From contig CAVQVY010000024.1 in assembly GCA_963717185.1 (NCBI GenBank), forward strand, positions 65,057-129,056: a DNA stretch of 64,000 nt, read 5' to 3'. How positions within the stretch are numbered: position 1 is the first letter of the stretch; each line of letters begins with the position of its first letter. The notes beneath the pieces were generated by a model, which saw only the letters and a list, made by a program, of their open reading frames with translations, made no database searches and was not told the DNA's origin. The DNA is from Candidatus Dormiibacterota bacterium (GTDB lineage: Bacteria > Chloroflexota > Dormibacteria > Aeolococcales > Aeolococcaceae). Below are positions 9,690-19,139 of the stretch, one piece after another. Position numbers and translations under genes: made by a program.

Positions 9690-10019
9690 TCAACCCTGTG
9701 CCGGGCTGAGCATGGACCCGCTTGCATCGAGCAGCTCCAGTCGCTCGGTCTCGGGCTCGCCGTCCGGGCGGAAGCCGATGTCCTTGAAGACCGCGTACAC
9801 GGCAGGGTGGATCCGCTCATCGAATGCGCGGGTGCACGCCTCCTCGGACGTCCAGACATCGAGGTAGCGCAGGCCGCCGTCGGCCCGGCGGACGCAGAGG
9901 TGGAGCAGGCAACCCTCGACGGGGCGGTCGCCGATGCGGTCGATGATCTGCTTGTACACGTCGCTGTCGATGGGAACGTCCTGGACGTAGGCGTAGGGCG
10001 CGTCGGCCATGATGGGCAT
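9690..10019 (-). CDS. Small hypothetical protein (about 105-109 aa)
   Basis: GAGGAG Shine-Dalgarno directly upstream of ATG 10019, with an alternative ATG at 10010. The ORF-track start at 10091 would overlap the divergent TetR gene. The motif LRYLDVWTSEEA hints at an alpha/beta-barrel fold. Confidence 0.5.
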   Translation of the reverse strand: MPIMADAPYAYVQDVPIDSDVYKQIIDRIGDRPVEGCLLHLCVRRADGGLRYLDVWTSEEACTRAFDERIHPAVYAVFKDIGFRPDGEPETERLELLDASGSMLSPAQG

Positions 10020-10033
10020 GCTCCTCAGTATTG

Positions 10034-10056
10034 ATCCGAGTCTATCTTGATCGGAT
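10034..10056. promoter_or_regulatory. Inverted repeat ATCCGA-N11-TCGGAT in the divergent TetR intergenic region (candidate operator)
   Basis: ATCCGA (10034-10039) and TCGGAT (10051-10056) are reverse complements. They are embedded in the direct repeats TTGATCCGA and TTGATCGGA, 16 bp apart. Confidence 0.35.
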
Positions 10057-10719
10057 ATGGCTACACTAGGACCAAAGATGGGCGATGTCAAGCGGGGCTA
10101 CCGGTCTCCCCTGCGCGCCGAGCAGGCCCGCCAGACGCGGCGGCGCATCTTGGAAACAGCGCAGCGGCTCTTCCTGGAGCGGGGCTACCCGGCGACCAGC
10201 ATCGAGGCCATCGCGGCGGCCGCGACGGTGTCGCCGGACACCGTCTACGCGGTGTTCGGCACCAAACGCAACCTGCTCAAACAGCTGATGGACACGGCCA
10301 TCGGCGGAGACGACGCCGATGTCAGCGTCCTCGACCGCCCCGAGCAGCAATCCGTCCGGCGGGAGCGCGACCCACGCGCACAACTGTCCGCCTTCGCGGC
10401 CGGCGTTGCCGCGCGCATCCAGGCCACCCGTCCCCTCGACGACATCCTCCGCAGTGCCGCGGAGGTGGACTCTGACGTCGCCGCCCTGCGCGACGACATC
10501 CAGCTGCGGCAACGCCGCTCGGCCATGGCCACCTTTGCCGAGTGGCTGTCGGAGAGCGGACCGCTCCGCGACGCGATGCCGGTACACGAGGCGGCAGACA
10601 TCATCTGGACGCTCACGAGTCCCGAGGTGCACCGGCTGCTGCGAGACGGATGCGGATGGTCGCAGGAGCGCTACGTGCGCTGGCTGGAGCAAACGCTGGC
10701 GGCCTCGCTCCTGCCGTAG
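10057..10719 (+). CDS. TetR/AcrR family transcriptional regulator
   Basis: The N-terminal HTH RRRILETAQRLFLERGYPATSIEAIAAAATVSPDTVYAVFGTKRNLL is a TetR_N signature. An alternative near-leaderless start is ATG 10078, 10 nt after the TACACT box at 10062-10067. Confidence 0.85.
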   Translation: MATLGPKMGDVKRGYRSPLRAEQARQTRRRILETAQRLFLERGYPATSIEAIAAAATVSPDTVYAVFGTKRNLLKQLMDTAIGGDDADVSVLDRPEQQSVRRERDPRAQLSAFAAGVAARIQATRPLDDILRSAAEVDSDVAALRDDIQLRQRRSAMATFAEWLSESGPLRDAMPVHEAADIIWTLTSPEVHRLLRDGCGWSQERYVRWLEQTLAASLLP

Positions 10720-10858
10720 ATTCGGGAGAACGATGTCGTAGGAGCACCCCAACGCAGGAGGGGCAGTCCTCCACCGCGGGTAGGGCGGGCACCCTTGCCG
10801 GTCACACTTCTGTCGCCACACCATCGATCAACCGACAAACAACCTTGAGGTGGGTGGA

Positions 10859-11772
10859 ATGACTGTGTTGTCGTCGCGACTCTCACGCGTGCTGGCTGCC
10901 GGCACCCTGCTGCTCGGAGGTGCCGGGCTGCTTGCGGCAAACCCAACCGCTGCACTGGCCAACGATGACTCGTACACCTGCGCGGGCAGCAGCCTGCAGA
11001 GCCCCGGCGTGCTCGCCGGCGGCTCCTACGCCTCGGTTGTGGTGAAGGGCTTCTGTGCGGTGAGCGCAGGAGTTGCGGTGGTGAAGGGTGACCTCACCGT
11101 TCGCCCGGGGGCGTTCTCGCCGCATCGTTCGCTCTCAACGACAGCACCGGTCAGGGCTCCTCCGAGCTGATCGTGCGCAGGGATCTCAACGTCGAGAAGG
11201 GAGCCACGGCGCTCCTCGGCTGCGACGCGGCGGAGTTCTCCTGTCTCGATGACCCCAACCCGGGCAGCCCGACCCTGTCGGCCCCGGTGGTGGTGCACGG
11301 CGACATCAGGGCCAACCAGGCGCTCGGTGTGGTGCTCCACCACGGCACAATCGGCGGCGACATGGTCGTGAACGGCGGTGGCGGCGGCACGAACTGCAAC
11401 CCAACCGGCATCTTCGCTGCCTTCGGGAGCCCCGCGTTCACGGCCATCGAGTTCAGCCAGATCGGAGGCGACGTCCGCGTCAGCCGGTATGACTCGTGCT
11501 GGCTCGGCCTCGAGGACAACCACGTGAGCGGAGACGCTCGCTTCGTCAACAACCAACTGGCCGACCCCGACGCTGTCGAGATCCAGAACAACCACATCGG
11601 GCAAGACCTCGCCTGTTCGAGGAACAGCATGGTGTGGGACAGCGGCGACCAGGGTCCCACCCTGTTCCCGCGCACGCCGGCGCCGAACACGGTCGGCGGC
11701 GACCGCTCGGGTCAGTGCGTCCTCTCCAGCCCGGCGACCGACGGTGGCCCACTGGGGCCTGGTCCCTTCTGA
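10859..11772 (+). pseudogene. Secreted protein of unknown function, interrupted by one frameshift
   Basis: Signal peptide MTVLSSRLSRVLAAGTLLLGGAGLLAANPTAALA. ORFs 10850-11170 and 11173-11772 join as ...DLTVRPGGVLAASFALNDSTGQG... if the G5 run at 11107-11111 is read as G6. Gly/Asn-rich repetitive body. Confidence 0.6.
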
Positions 11773-11788
11773 GAGCGAGCGTCTGACT

Positions 11789-11826
11789 GCGACCCCACCC
11801 CGGCCACCGCCCGGGGGTGGGGTCGC
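11789..11826 (+). terminator. GC-rich hairpin (13-bp perfect stem) downstream of the secreted-protein gene
   Basis: GCGACCCCACCCC (11789-11801) pairs with GGGGTGGGGTCGC (11814-11826). It is followed by the 12-nt palindrome CCCCGCGCGGGG and, further on, a T5 run at about 11878. Confidence 0.6.
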
Positions 11827-11924
11827 CCCGCGCGGGGTCGAACTCCAGGGCCGTTCCCCGGCGCGCGCCGGCCCGGGATTTTTGTAATCTGGTAATCACC
11901 CTTCCACCCCAGCCGAGGCATGAG

Positions 11925-13427
11925 ATGGCTGTCGCGAGCCCCACGCGCGCGGACCGCGCGGTCAACCCCTGGGTGATCCTCACCCTGGTCTGCATGGCCC
12001 AGTTCATGGTGATCCTCGACGCGACCGTGGTGAACGTGGCCCTGCCGTCCATCAAGCGCGGACTCAGCTTCTCGGACGCGGACCTCCAATGGGTCGTCAA
12101 CGGCTACACGCTGACGTTCGGCGGCTTCCTGCTTCTCGGCGGACGCGCCGGTGACCTCTTCGGACGCCAGCGAATCTTCCTGGTGGGGCTGGTGATCTTC
12201 TCGGTGGCGTCGCTGGCGAACGGCTTCGCACAGTCCCCGACCATGCTCATCGTCGGGCGCGCCGTCCAGGGCTTCGGGGGCGCGCTCATCTCACCGGCCG
12301 CGCTCTCGATCATCACGACCACGTTCGAGGAGGGCAACCGGCGCAACAAGGCGCTGGCGGTCTGGAGCGCGATCGCGGCCAGCGGCGCCGCGTTCGGCCT
12401 GTTGATCGGCGGCGCTCTGACGCAGGCGATCAGCTGGCGCTGGGCGTTCTTCGTCAACGTGCCGGTGGGGGCGATCACCATCGCGCTGGCGTGGCGGATG
12501 GTGCCGGACTCACGCGTGGAGGGTGACCGCGGCATCGACGTGCTCGGCGCGGTTCTGGTCACCGGTGGGCTGATGTCGATCGTCTACGCGCTGGCCAAGG
12601 CGGCGAACCCGCAGGACGGGTGGACCGCGCCGACCGTGCTCGCGTTCGGTGGCGTCGGTCTCATCCTGCTGGCGTTGTTCGTGCGCACCGAGATGCGCTT
12701 CCACGCCCCGCTGGTCCGGCTGAGCATCTTCCGGATCCGTTCACTCAGCACCGCCAACGGCGCCATGCTCCTGGTCGCGGGCGGCATGTTCGCGATGTTC
12801 TATTTCGCCGGTCTGTACGTGCAGATCGTGCGCGGGTACTCGCCGTTCACGGCGGGACTTGCGTTCCTCCCGGTGTGCGTCGGCATCGGCGTCGGCGCCG
12901 GGCTCGCCTCGCAGGGCGTGAAGCGCCTCGACGTGCGCACCGTTGCGTGCGGCGGCATGGTCATCGCGGCGATCGGCTTCTTCATGCTGCAGCGCGTCAG
13001 CGTCACCAGCGGGTACGTCGACGTGCTCCTGCCGGCGCTGATCGTCATGTCGCTCGGCATGGGGCTCACCTTCGTGCCGCTCACCCTGGTCGCCACGACC
13101 ACGGTGCGCGCCGATGACGCGGGGCTTGCCTCCGGCCTGCTCAACACCTCACAGCAGGTGGGTGGCTCGCTCGGCCTCGCCATCCTCGCCACGCTGGCGG
13201 TGGACCAGACCAACAGCTTCTTCCGCAACCTCGGCCACGCCCCCAGCACCCACGACACCTTCGCGGCCTTGGTCCAGGGTTATCGTGCGGCCTTCCTCGC
13301 GGCGGCCATCCTGATGGCGCTCGGCGCGGTGCTGGTGCCGGCGTTCATCCGTCGCGCGGACGTTGCCGGGATCGCCGCCGCATCAGCTGCGCCGGACCTC
13401 GCCGCGGTTGCCGAGGATGTTGCGTAA
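11925..13427 (+). CDS. MFS transporter, DHA2 (EmrB/QacA-like, 14-TMS) family
   Basis: CMAQFMVILDATVVNVALPSI and GGRAGDLFGRQRIFLVGL motifs. About 500 aa with about 14 hydrophobic segments. Start set at ATG 11925, which has a GAGG Shine-Dalgarno. Confidence 0.85.
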   Translation: MAVASPTRADRAVNPWVILTLVCMAQFMVILDATVVNVALPSIKRGLSFSDADLQWVVNGYTLTFGGFLLLGGRAGDLFGRQRIFLVGLVIFSVASLANGFAQSPTMLIVGRAVQGFGGALISPAALSIITTTFEEGNRRNKALAVWSAIAASGAAFGLLIGGALTQAISWRWAFFVNVPVGAITIALAWRMVPDSRVEGDRGIDVLGAVLVTGGLMSIVYALAKAANPQDGWTAPTVLAFGGVGLILLALFVRTEMRFHAPLVRLSIFRIRSLSTANGAMLLVAGGMFAMFYFAGLYVQIVRGYSPFTAGLAFLPVCVGIGVGAGLASQGVKRLDVRTVACGGMVIAAIGFFMLQRVSVTSGYVDVLLPALIVMSLGMGLTFVPLTLVATTTVRADDAGLASGLLNTSQQVGGSLGLAILATLAVDQTNSFFRNLGHAPSTHDTFAALVQGYRAAFLAAAILMALGAVLVPAFIRRADVAGIAAASAAPDLAAVAEDVA

Positions 13428-13470
13428 CTGAAGCTCACGGACCTGGCAGGCCAACTCGGTACCGCACACG

Positions 13471-15021
13471 TCAGCGCAGTGGGAGTGCCTCGTCGATGGC
13501 ATCGAGCAGCTCGCGAACCTTGATCGGTTTGGTGAGGAATGCCGCGGCACCCGCAGCACGCAGCCGCGGCGCGTTGCGGTCGCCGGCGTCGTCACTGACC
13601 ATGATCACGGGGATGTCCCTGGTGCTCTCGCCATGCTTGAGGCGGCGCAGCACCTCGTCACCGTCGATGTCGGGAAGGCGGAGGTCGAGGAGCACCAGGT
13701 CGGGGTGATGCTGGGTCGCGAGCTCGAGCGCCAGGCCTCCCTGCATCAGCGGGATGACCCGCAGCGCCGGGCGATGCTGAAGCGTGCGCTCCACCAGCTC
13801 GAGGCTGGCGAGGTTGTCCTCGACGTACAGCACCGTGCGCGTCGCGTCGTCGGCCGCGACGGTCTGCGGCGCCGGCGGGTCCTCTGCGCTGTCCGGGGCA
13901 CGCGCCAGCTCCAACCAGAACGACGAACCGGCGCCGGCCTCGGTGTCGACGCCGAGGGTTCCCGACATCAGGTCCATCAGGTGCCTGCTGAGCGCGAGCC
14001 CAAGACCCGTGCCCTGGATCGTGGTTCGCTCGGCTCCCAGGCGGTCGAACGGCTGGAACAGGCGCGGCAGCAGCTCAGCGGGGATTCCTGGGCCGGAGTC
14101 TTTGACCGTCAGACGCAGCCTGTCCCCGTCCACGCGTCGCGCGCAGATGTCGACGTGGCCGCCGTCACGGTTGTATTTGACGGCGTTGGTCAGCAGGTTC
14201 AGCACCACCTGCTTGAGCCGCTGCGCATCGGCAACGACCCGTTCGCCGCTTGCCTCGCGGTGCACCGCGACGCGTCTCTGCGCGGCGGTCAACGCGACCA
14301 GCTCCACGCATTCGGCGACCACCTCGTCGACGCCGACGGGCTCGAGGGAGAGCTCCTCGCGGCCCGACTCGATGCGCGACATGGCGAGCAGCTCGTCGAT
14401 CATGCGCAGCAGGTGGTCGGCCGCCTTGAGCACCATGGAGATCGGGGCCTTCTGCTCGGGGCGCGGATCCTCCAGCTCGAGCAGACCGGCGAACCCGAGG
14501 ATGACCGTCAGCGGCGTGCGCAGCTCGTGGCTCACCCTCGAGAGGTACTCGCTCTTGGCCTGGCTCGCGGCCTCGGCCTCGGCCAGCGCTGCGGCGACGG
14601 CCGCCTCCGCGCGGCGCAGCTCGTCGACGTCTCTCAGCGCAGCCCGGGCGACAGCGGCGCGGCTGACGCTCGTCGCGGCCACGCTGCCCGCCAGCGCGAC
14701 CACCACGAGCACGACGCTCTGCGAGGCGAAGGTCACCGGGGTGATGTCGCCGAGGAGCAGCGCGACCCCGCGAAACACAAGCGCCAGGACAGTGATCGCC
14801 AGTGTCAACGGCCGTGAAAGGAACCAGGCTCCGAGGAGCACCGGCAGGGCGGCCAGCGCACCCACCGTGCTGCCGCGTCCGATGGCGCGATCGCCGACGA
14901 AGACGCCGGCGAGGGCGGCAGCGCACAGCAGCGTCGCGAGGGCTTCGGCGGCCCTGGTCAAGGTCGGCCGGGGCGACAGAAGGGCCGGCCAGGCAAGCCG
15001 CGGGCCGCCGGCTGCGCTCAT
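13471..15021 (-). CDS. Hybrid sensor histidine kinase / response regulator
   Basis: N-terminal TM helices, H-box SHELRTPLT, HATPase N/G boxes (LTNAVKYN, DSGPGI, GTGLGLA), and a C-terminal receiver domain (DLVLLDLRLPDIDG ... KP). Confidence 0.85.
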   Translation of the reverse strand: MSAAGGPRLAWPALLSPRPTLTRAAEALATLLCAAALAGVFVGDRAIGRGSTVGALAALPVLLGAWFLSRPLTLAITVLALVFRGVALLLGDITPVTFASQSVVLVVVALAGSVAATSVSRAAVARAALRDVDELRRAEAAVAAALAEAEAASQAKSEYLSRVSHELRTPLTVILGFAGLLELEDPRPEQKAPISMVLKAADHLLRMIDELLAMSRIESGREELSLEPVGVDEVVAECVELVALTAAQRRVAVHREASGERVVADAQRLKQVVLNLLTNAVKYNRDGGHVDICARRVDGDRLRLTVKDSGPGIPAELLPRLFQPFDRLGAERTTIQGTGLGLALSRHLMDLMSGTLGVDTEAGAGSSFWLELARAPDSAEDPPAPQTVAADDATRTVLYVEDNLASLELVERTLQHRPALRVIPLMQGGLALELATQHHPDLVLLDLRLPDIDGDEVLRRLKHGESTRDIPVIMVSDDAGDRNAPRLRAAGAAAFLTKPIKVRELLDAIDEALPLR

Positions 15022-15115
15022 GTCGTCAGGCTACCCTGACTGCACCACCACCGCTCTCGGGCAGGTGTGTTGTAACCGGCTGGTATCGTCGCGCGATGCG
15101 GGCTGAGGAGGCCAT

Positions 15116-16324
15116 GTGAAGGCGGCTGAGTGGGTGGGGTTCACCGCCGGGTTGCTGCTCGTCCTGGCCACCTACGGGAGCGTGCTGGAGACCACGATCG
15201 TTCCGCGCGGGAACCGCTCCGGTCTCACGCCGCTGATCCTGCGGCTGGTCAACCTCCCGGTACGGCTGGTGGCGTCACGCATCAGCGACTACGAGGCGCG
15301 CGACCGCTGGCTTGCGTATGCCTCGGCGGGGGACCTGGTGGCCACCCTGCTGGTGTGGTTGCTGCTGTTCCTGGCCGGCTACGCGCTCATGCTCTGGCCG
15401 TCGAGCGTCAACCTCGGGGACGCGTTCCGAACGGCCGGCTCGTCGATGCTCACGCTCGGGATCGCCGCGCCGCATGGCGGTGTGTCCACCGTGGTCGTGT
15501 ACTTCGCCGCACTGACCGGCCTGGTCGTGGTCGCCCTGCAGATCGCCTACCTGCCGGTGCTGTACGCGGCGTACAACCGGCGCGAGACCCTGGTGACGAT
15601 GCTGGAGGGACTGGCCGGCACACCCGGCTGGGGGCCGGAGATCCTGGTTCGCTCCGCCGCGGTCGACAACCTCGACGGGCTCGCCACCATGTACGACCGC
15701 TGGATGCAGTGGGCCGCAGACGTCTCCGAGAGTCACTCCGCGTACCTGGTGCTGATGTACTTCCGCTCGCCCACCGCGCTCCGCTCCTGGGTCATCTCGC
15801 TCCTCTCCATCCTCGACGCCGCCGCCATGCACCTGGCGCTCTGTCCCATCTCCGTCCCGGGCCCGGCGCGCAACCTCATGCGCATCGGCTACCTGGCGTT
15901 TCGTCAGCTCGCAACCACCATGGGCGTCACCGTCAACAACGACCCCAGCCCCGACGACGACATCGAGCTGACACGCGAGGAGTTCTTCGTCGCGGCCGAG
16001 CGAGCGCGGGTGGCAGGCATGGAGTTCGAACGCGACCCTGAGCAGGCGTGGGTCCATTTCAAGGGCTGGCGCGTCAACTACGAGACCGCGGCTTACGCGC
16101 TGGCGGCCAACCTCGACGTGGTGCCGGCGCTGTGGTCCGGGCCGCGACCGAGGCCGGGGCCGCCACTGCCGCCGGTGGCCCCGATCGACCGCGTGTCACA
16201 GAGCGTGGAGGTCAGCGAGATCCGGCGCGTCGGCGAGCTGCGCCGCCGCCGGCGGGCAGAGGCGCAACGACGCCTGCACCATGACCACGATGACACGCCC
16301 GCCGAGCAGGACGAGGGGTACTAG
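15116..16324 (+). CDS. Integral membrane protein, unknown function
   Basis: Intact 402-aa ORF with several TM helices in the N-terminal half, a soluble C-terminal half and a charged tail. GAGGAGG Shine-Dalgarno upstream of GTG 15116. Confidence 0.6.
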   Translation: MKAAEWVGFTAGLLLVLATYGSVLETTIVPRGNRSGLTPLILRLVNLPVRLVASRISDYEARDRWLAYASAGDLVATLLVWLLLFLAGYALMLWPSSVNLGDAFRTAGSSMLTLGIAAPHGGVSTVVVYFAALTGLVVVALQIAYLPVLYAAYNRRETLVTMLEGLAGTPGWGPEILVRSAAVDNLDGLATMYDRWMQWAADVSESHSAYLVLMYFRSPTALRSWVISLLSILDAAAMHLALCPISVPGPARNLMRIGYLAFRQLATTMGVTVNNDPSPDDDIELTREEFFVAAERARVAGMEFERDPEQAWVHFKGWRVNYETAAYALAANLDVVPALWSGPRPRPGPPLPPVAPIDRVSQSVEVSEIRRVGELRRRRRAEAQRRLHHDHDDTPAEQDEGY

Positions 16325-16680
16325 CGGCCTGGTTCGAGCTGCTTGATGAGCTGCTCGATGTGGGTGCGCAGCGCCTCCTCCAGCTGCTGGATCAGCGCGT
16401 ACACTCCGACCGCGGTGTCGCGCGTGCTGCCGTTGAGCTGCTGCAGGGCTCCTGGCAGCACAGGGATCCCCGCGCCACCGGACGGCGACGCCGACGGTGC
16501 GGTCGGGGGCGTCACCGGGGTGAGCGCCGGCTGGCGCACCCCGGCCGACGGCGTGGGCGCGGCCACCGGCCACACCGCAGGGGTGATGGCGACGCTGTGC
16601 GCGGTGAGCAGGTGCACGCCGCCCCAGGCGACGACGACGGCCGCGACCGGGATGAGCAACCGCGGAGACAACAGACGCAT
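16321..16680 (-). CDS. Small membrane-anchored Pro/Ala-rich protein (hypothetical)
   Basis: MRLLSPRLLIPVAAVVVAWGGVHLL signal/anchor, a Pro-rich linker and a C-terminal helix. Start chosen at ATG 16680. Confidence 0.4.
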   Translation of the reverse strand: MRLLSPRLLIPVAAVVVAWGGVHLLTAHSVAITPAVWPVAAPTPSAGVRQPALTPVTPPTAPSASPSGGAGIPVLPGALQQLNGSTRDTAVGVYALIQQLEEALRTHIEQLIKQLEPGR

Positions 16681-16758
16681 GACGGCGCACCTCCCAACCG
16701 CGCCGCCCCTCCGCCGCTCTTGCTCCAACCGCCGGCAGTATACACAGAAAAGTGGTGC

Positions 16759-17785
16759 CTAGGCGGCGAGCGGCGTGTGCTCCATGGGGACGACCTCGGC
16801 AGGCGCCGGCGGCCCTGGCGGGGTGCCGTCGCCGAAAGGACGGCCACCCAGCGCCTCGCGGTGATGCTCGGTGAGCCATCCGCCCAGGTCGGGGCCGACC
16901 GGGACGATGCCGGTGGGGTTGATGTCGCGCTGCACCACGTAGTAGTGCCGCTTGATGTGGTCGAAGTCGACGGTGTCGCCGAAACCGGGCGTCTGGAACA
17001 GGTCGCGCGCGTACGCCCAGAGCACGGGCATCTCGCTGAGCTTCTGCCGGTTGCACTTGAAGTGGCTGTGGTACACGGGGTCGAAGCGCACCAACGTGGT
17101 GAACAGGCGGATGTCGGCCTCGGTGATGGTGTCCCCCATCAGGAAGCGCTGGTGCTCGAGGCGCTCTGACAGCCAGTCCAGCCTGTGGAAGAGGCGCTGG
17201 TACGCCTTCTCGTACGCGTCCTGCGTGCCCGCGAACCCGCAGCGGTATACGCCGTTGTTGACGTCACCGAAGACGATCCGCATCAGCCTGTCCATCTCAT
17301 CACGCAGAGCTTCCGGGTACAGGTCGGGCGCGCCGGGGCGGAAGTGTTCGCGCCACTCGGTCTCGAGGTCGAGGGTGATCTGGTGGAAGTCGTTGGTGAC
17401 CACCTTGCCGGTGGTGAGGTCGACCATCGCCGGGACGGTGATGCCCCGGTCGTAGCCGGGGAACGAGGCGAAGTAGGCCTCCTGCAGCCTCTCGATGCCC
17501 AGCACCGGGTCGCGCCCGCCGGGATCGAGGTCGAAAAGTCCAGCTGCGCGCGTCATGGGTGGGGCCGGCCACGCCCATCGACAGCACGTTCTCGAGGCCG
17601 AGCAGGCGGCGCACGATGATCGACCGGTTTGCCCACGGGCAGGCCCGGCTGACGATGAGCCGATAGCGCCCCGGCTCAACTGGAAAGCCGTCGCGGCCGT
17701 CGGCGGTGATCCTGGTGGTGATGAAGCGCTGGTCCCGGGCGAACTCACCGTCGCTGACGTACTTCCCGGCGGTGTCCTCGGCCAT
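16759..17785 (-). pseudogene. yqjG: Glutathionyl-hydroquinone reductase (Xi-class GST, YqjG/ECM4-like), one frameshift
   Basis: The N-terminal part (RYRLIVSRACPWANRSIIVRRLLGLE, the CPWA motif) is in the frame of ORF 17300-17986. The rest is in ORF 16759-17748. They rejoin as ...SWTFDLDPGG... if the A4 run at 17534-17537 is read as A3. Confidence 0.8.
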
Positions 17786-17864
17786 CGCCAGCCATGCTAG
17801 CAACGAGGTGCTTCGCCGATTCCTGCCGATGTGGCAGCCTGTACGCGTGTCGAGGTTCCGCGCG

Positions 17865-19006
17865 ATGCGCATCACGTGCGCCGGCGCCGCCGCCGCCACC
17901 GTCGCGGCGTGTGGATCGACCACCGCCACGCCGACACCGACGGCGATCCGGGGCACCGCGTCCAGCCCCGCTGCGCCGACCCCCACCGCGACTCCCAGCG
18001 CGACCGCCGACGCGTGCGCCGTGCCCGCGCAGTCGCCGCCCGCGAGCGGCTTCGCCGCGAACTTCGTGACCGCGCTGGCGTTCGCGCCGGACGGCCGACT
18101 GTTCTACACAGAGCGCGCGGGAAGCGTGATGGTGTGGCAGAACGGCGCAGCCAAGACGTTCGCGACCGTGCGGACGGCGACCGACGGCGAGCGCGGCCTG
18201 CTCGGCGTGGCGATCAGCCCGACGTTCAGCTCGGATCGCTATGTCTACGCCTTCTACTCCGACGCCAACGGGTCACAACAGCACGTGATCCGCTGGAAGG
18301 ACTGCGCCGGGACCGGCACCGCGGCCAGCGTGCTCGTCACCCTGCCCGCCGGCTCGGACTGCTGCCACAAGGGAGGCAGGCTGGCGTTCGGCAAGGACGG
18401 CATGCTCTACGTGACCCTCGGGGAGGAGCACACCTCAGGCGCCGCGCAGAACACCGCCGATCCTCGGGGCAAGGTGCTGCGCTACACGCCCGCCGGCGGC
18501 ATCCCCGCTGACAACCCCTTCGGGCCCACCGACCCGGTCTGGGCGTACGGCCTGCGCAACCCGTTCGGGATCGCCGTGTCCCCACCGGGCAGATCGCGGT
18601 GACCAACAACGGACCCTCCGGGGACGCCGGCAGCCCCTCGACGGGCTACGACACGCTCATCCTGTCGGTGACCCGCGGGGCCGGGTACCAGTGGCCACTC
18701 TGCTACGGCTACTCGCACCCGCTGGCCGGGCCGGCCGGCTGCGGCGGCCGCACGGCACCGGACTGGAGCAGCGAGGCGAGCACCGTTGTCCCCACCGGCG
18801 CCGCCTTCATCGACAGCGCGGCCCCGCAGCCGTACGCGGGACACCTGGTGTTCTGCACCTACGACGGCGGCATGCGCATCGCCACCCCCGGCAGCCCGCA
18901 CGCCAGCGTGGCGGCCGGCCCCTCCCAGTGCAAGCTCGCCGTGGTGGAGGGACCCGACCACGCGCTGTACATGTCCGACACCGGCCACGTCTACAGGCTC
19001 GCGTGA
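17865..19006 (+). pseudogene. PQQ-dependent sugar dehydrogenase-like beta-propeller lipoprotein, one frameshift
   Basis: Lipobox-like MRITCAGAAAATVAAC. Also LAFAPDGRLFYTERAG, GERGLLGVA and YGLRNPFGIA. ORFs 17706-18602 and 18599-19006 rejoin as ...AVSPTGQIAVTNNGPSG... if the C4 run at 18580-18583 is read as C5. Confidence 0.75.
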
Positions 19007-19097
19007 GCCGAAATACGGGCCCGCGAACCGCACAACGGCGAGCCCGACTTCGCGGATGGTGCGATGATGGGAGCGTCACAACCCGAATCGTTCATCG

Positions 19098-19118
19098 CGG
19101 TGCGACCATCTCGCACCG
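19098..19118 (+). promoter_or_regulatory. Hairpin or operator-like inverted repeat upstream of the kgd-type gene
   Basis: CGGTGCGA (19098-19105) and TCGCACCG (19111-19118) form an 8-bp stem with a 5-nt loop, 21 nt upstream of GTG 19140. Confidence 0.3.
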
Positions 19119-19139
19119 TGACCGGAAGTTCTTCACCCA

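Noticed and set aside
11826-11860. A T-loop-like string GGTCGAACTCC after two GC hairpins, considered as a possible tRNA or tmRNA fragment.
   Set aside because: No acceptor, D or anticodon arm can be folded around it. The hairpins are better explained as the terminator of the upstream gene.
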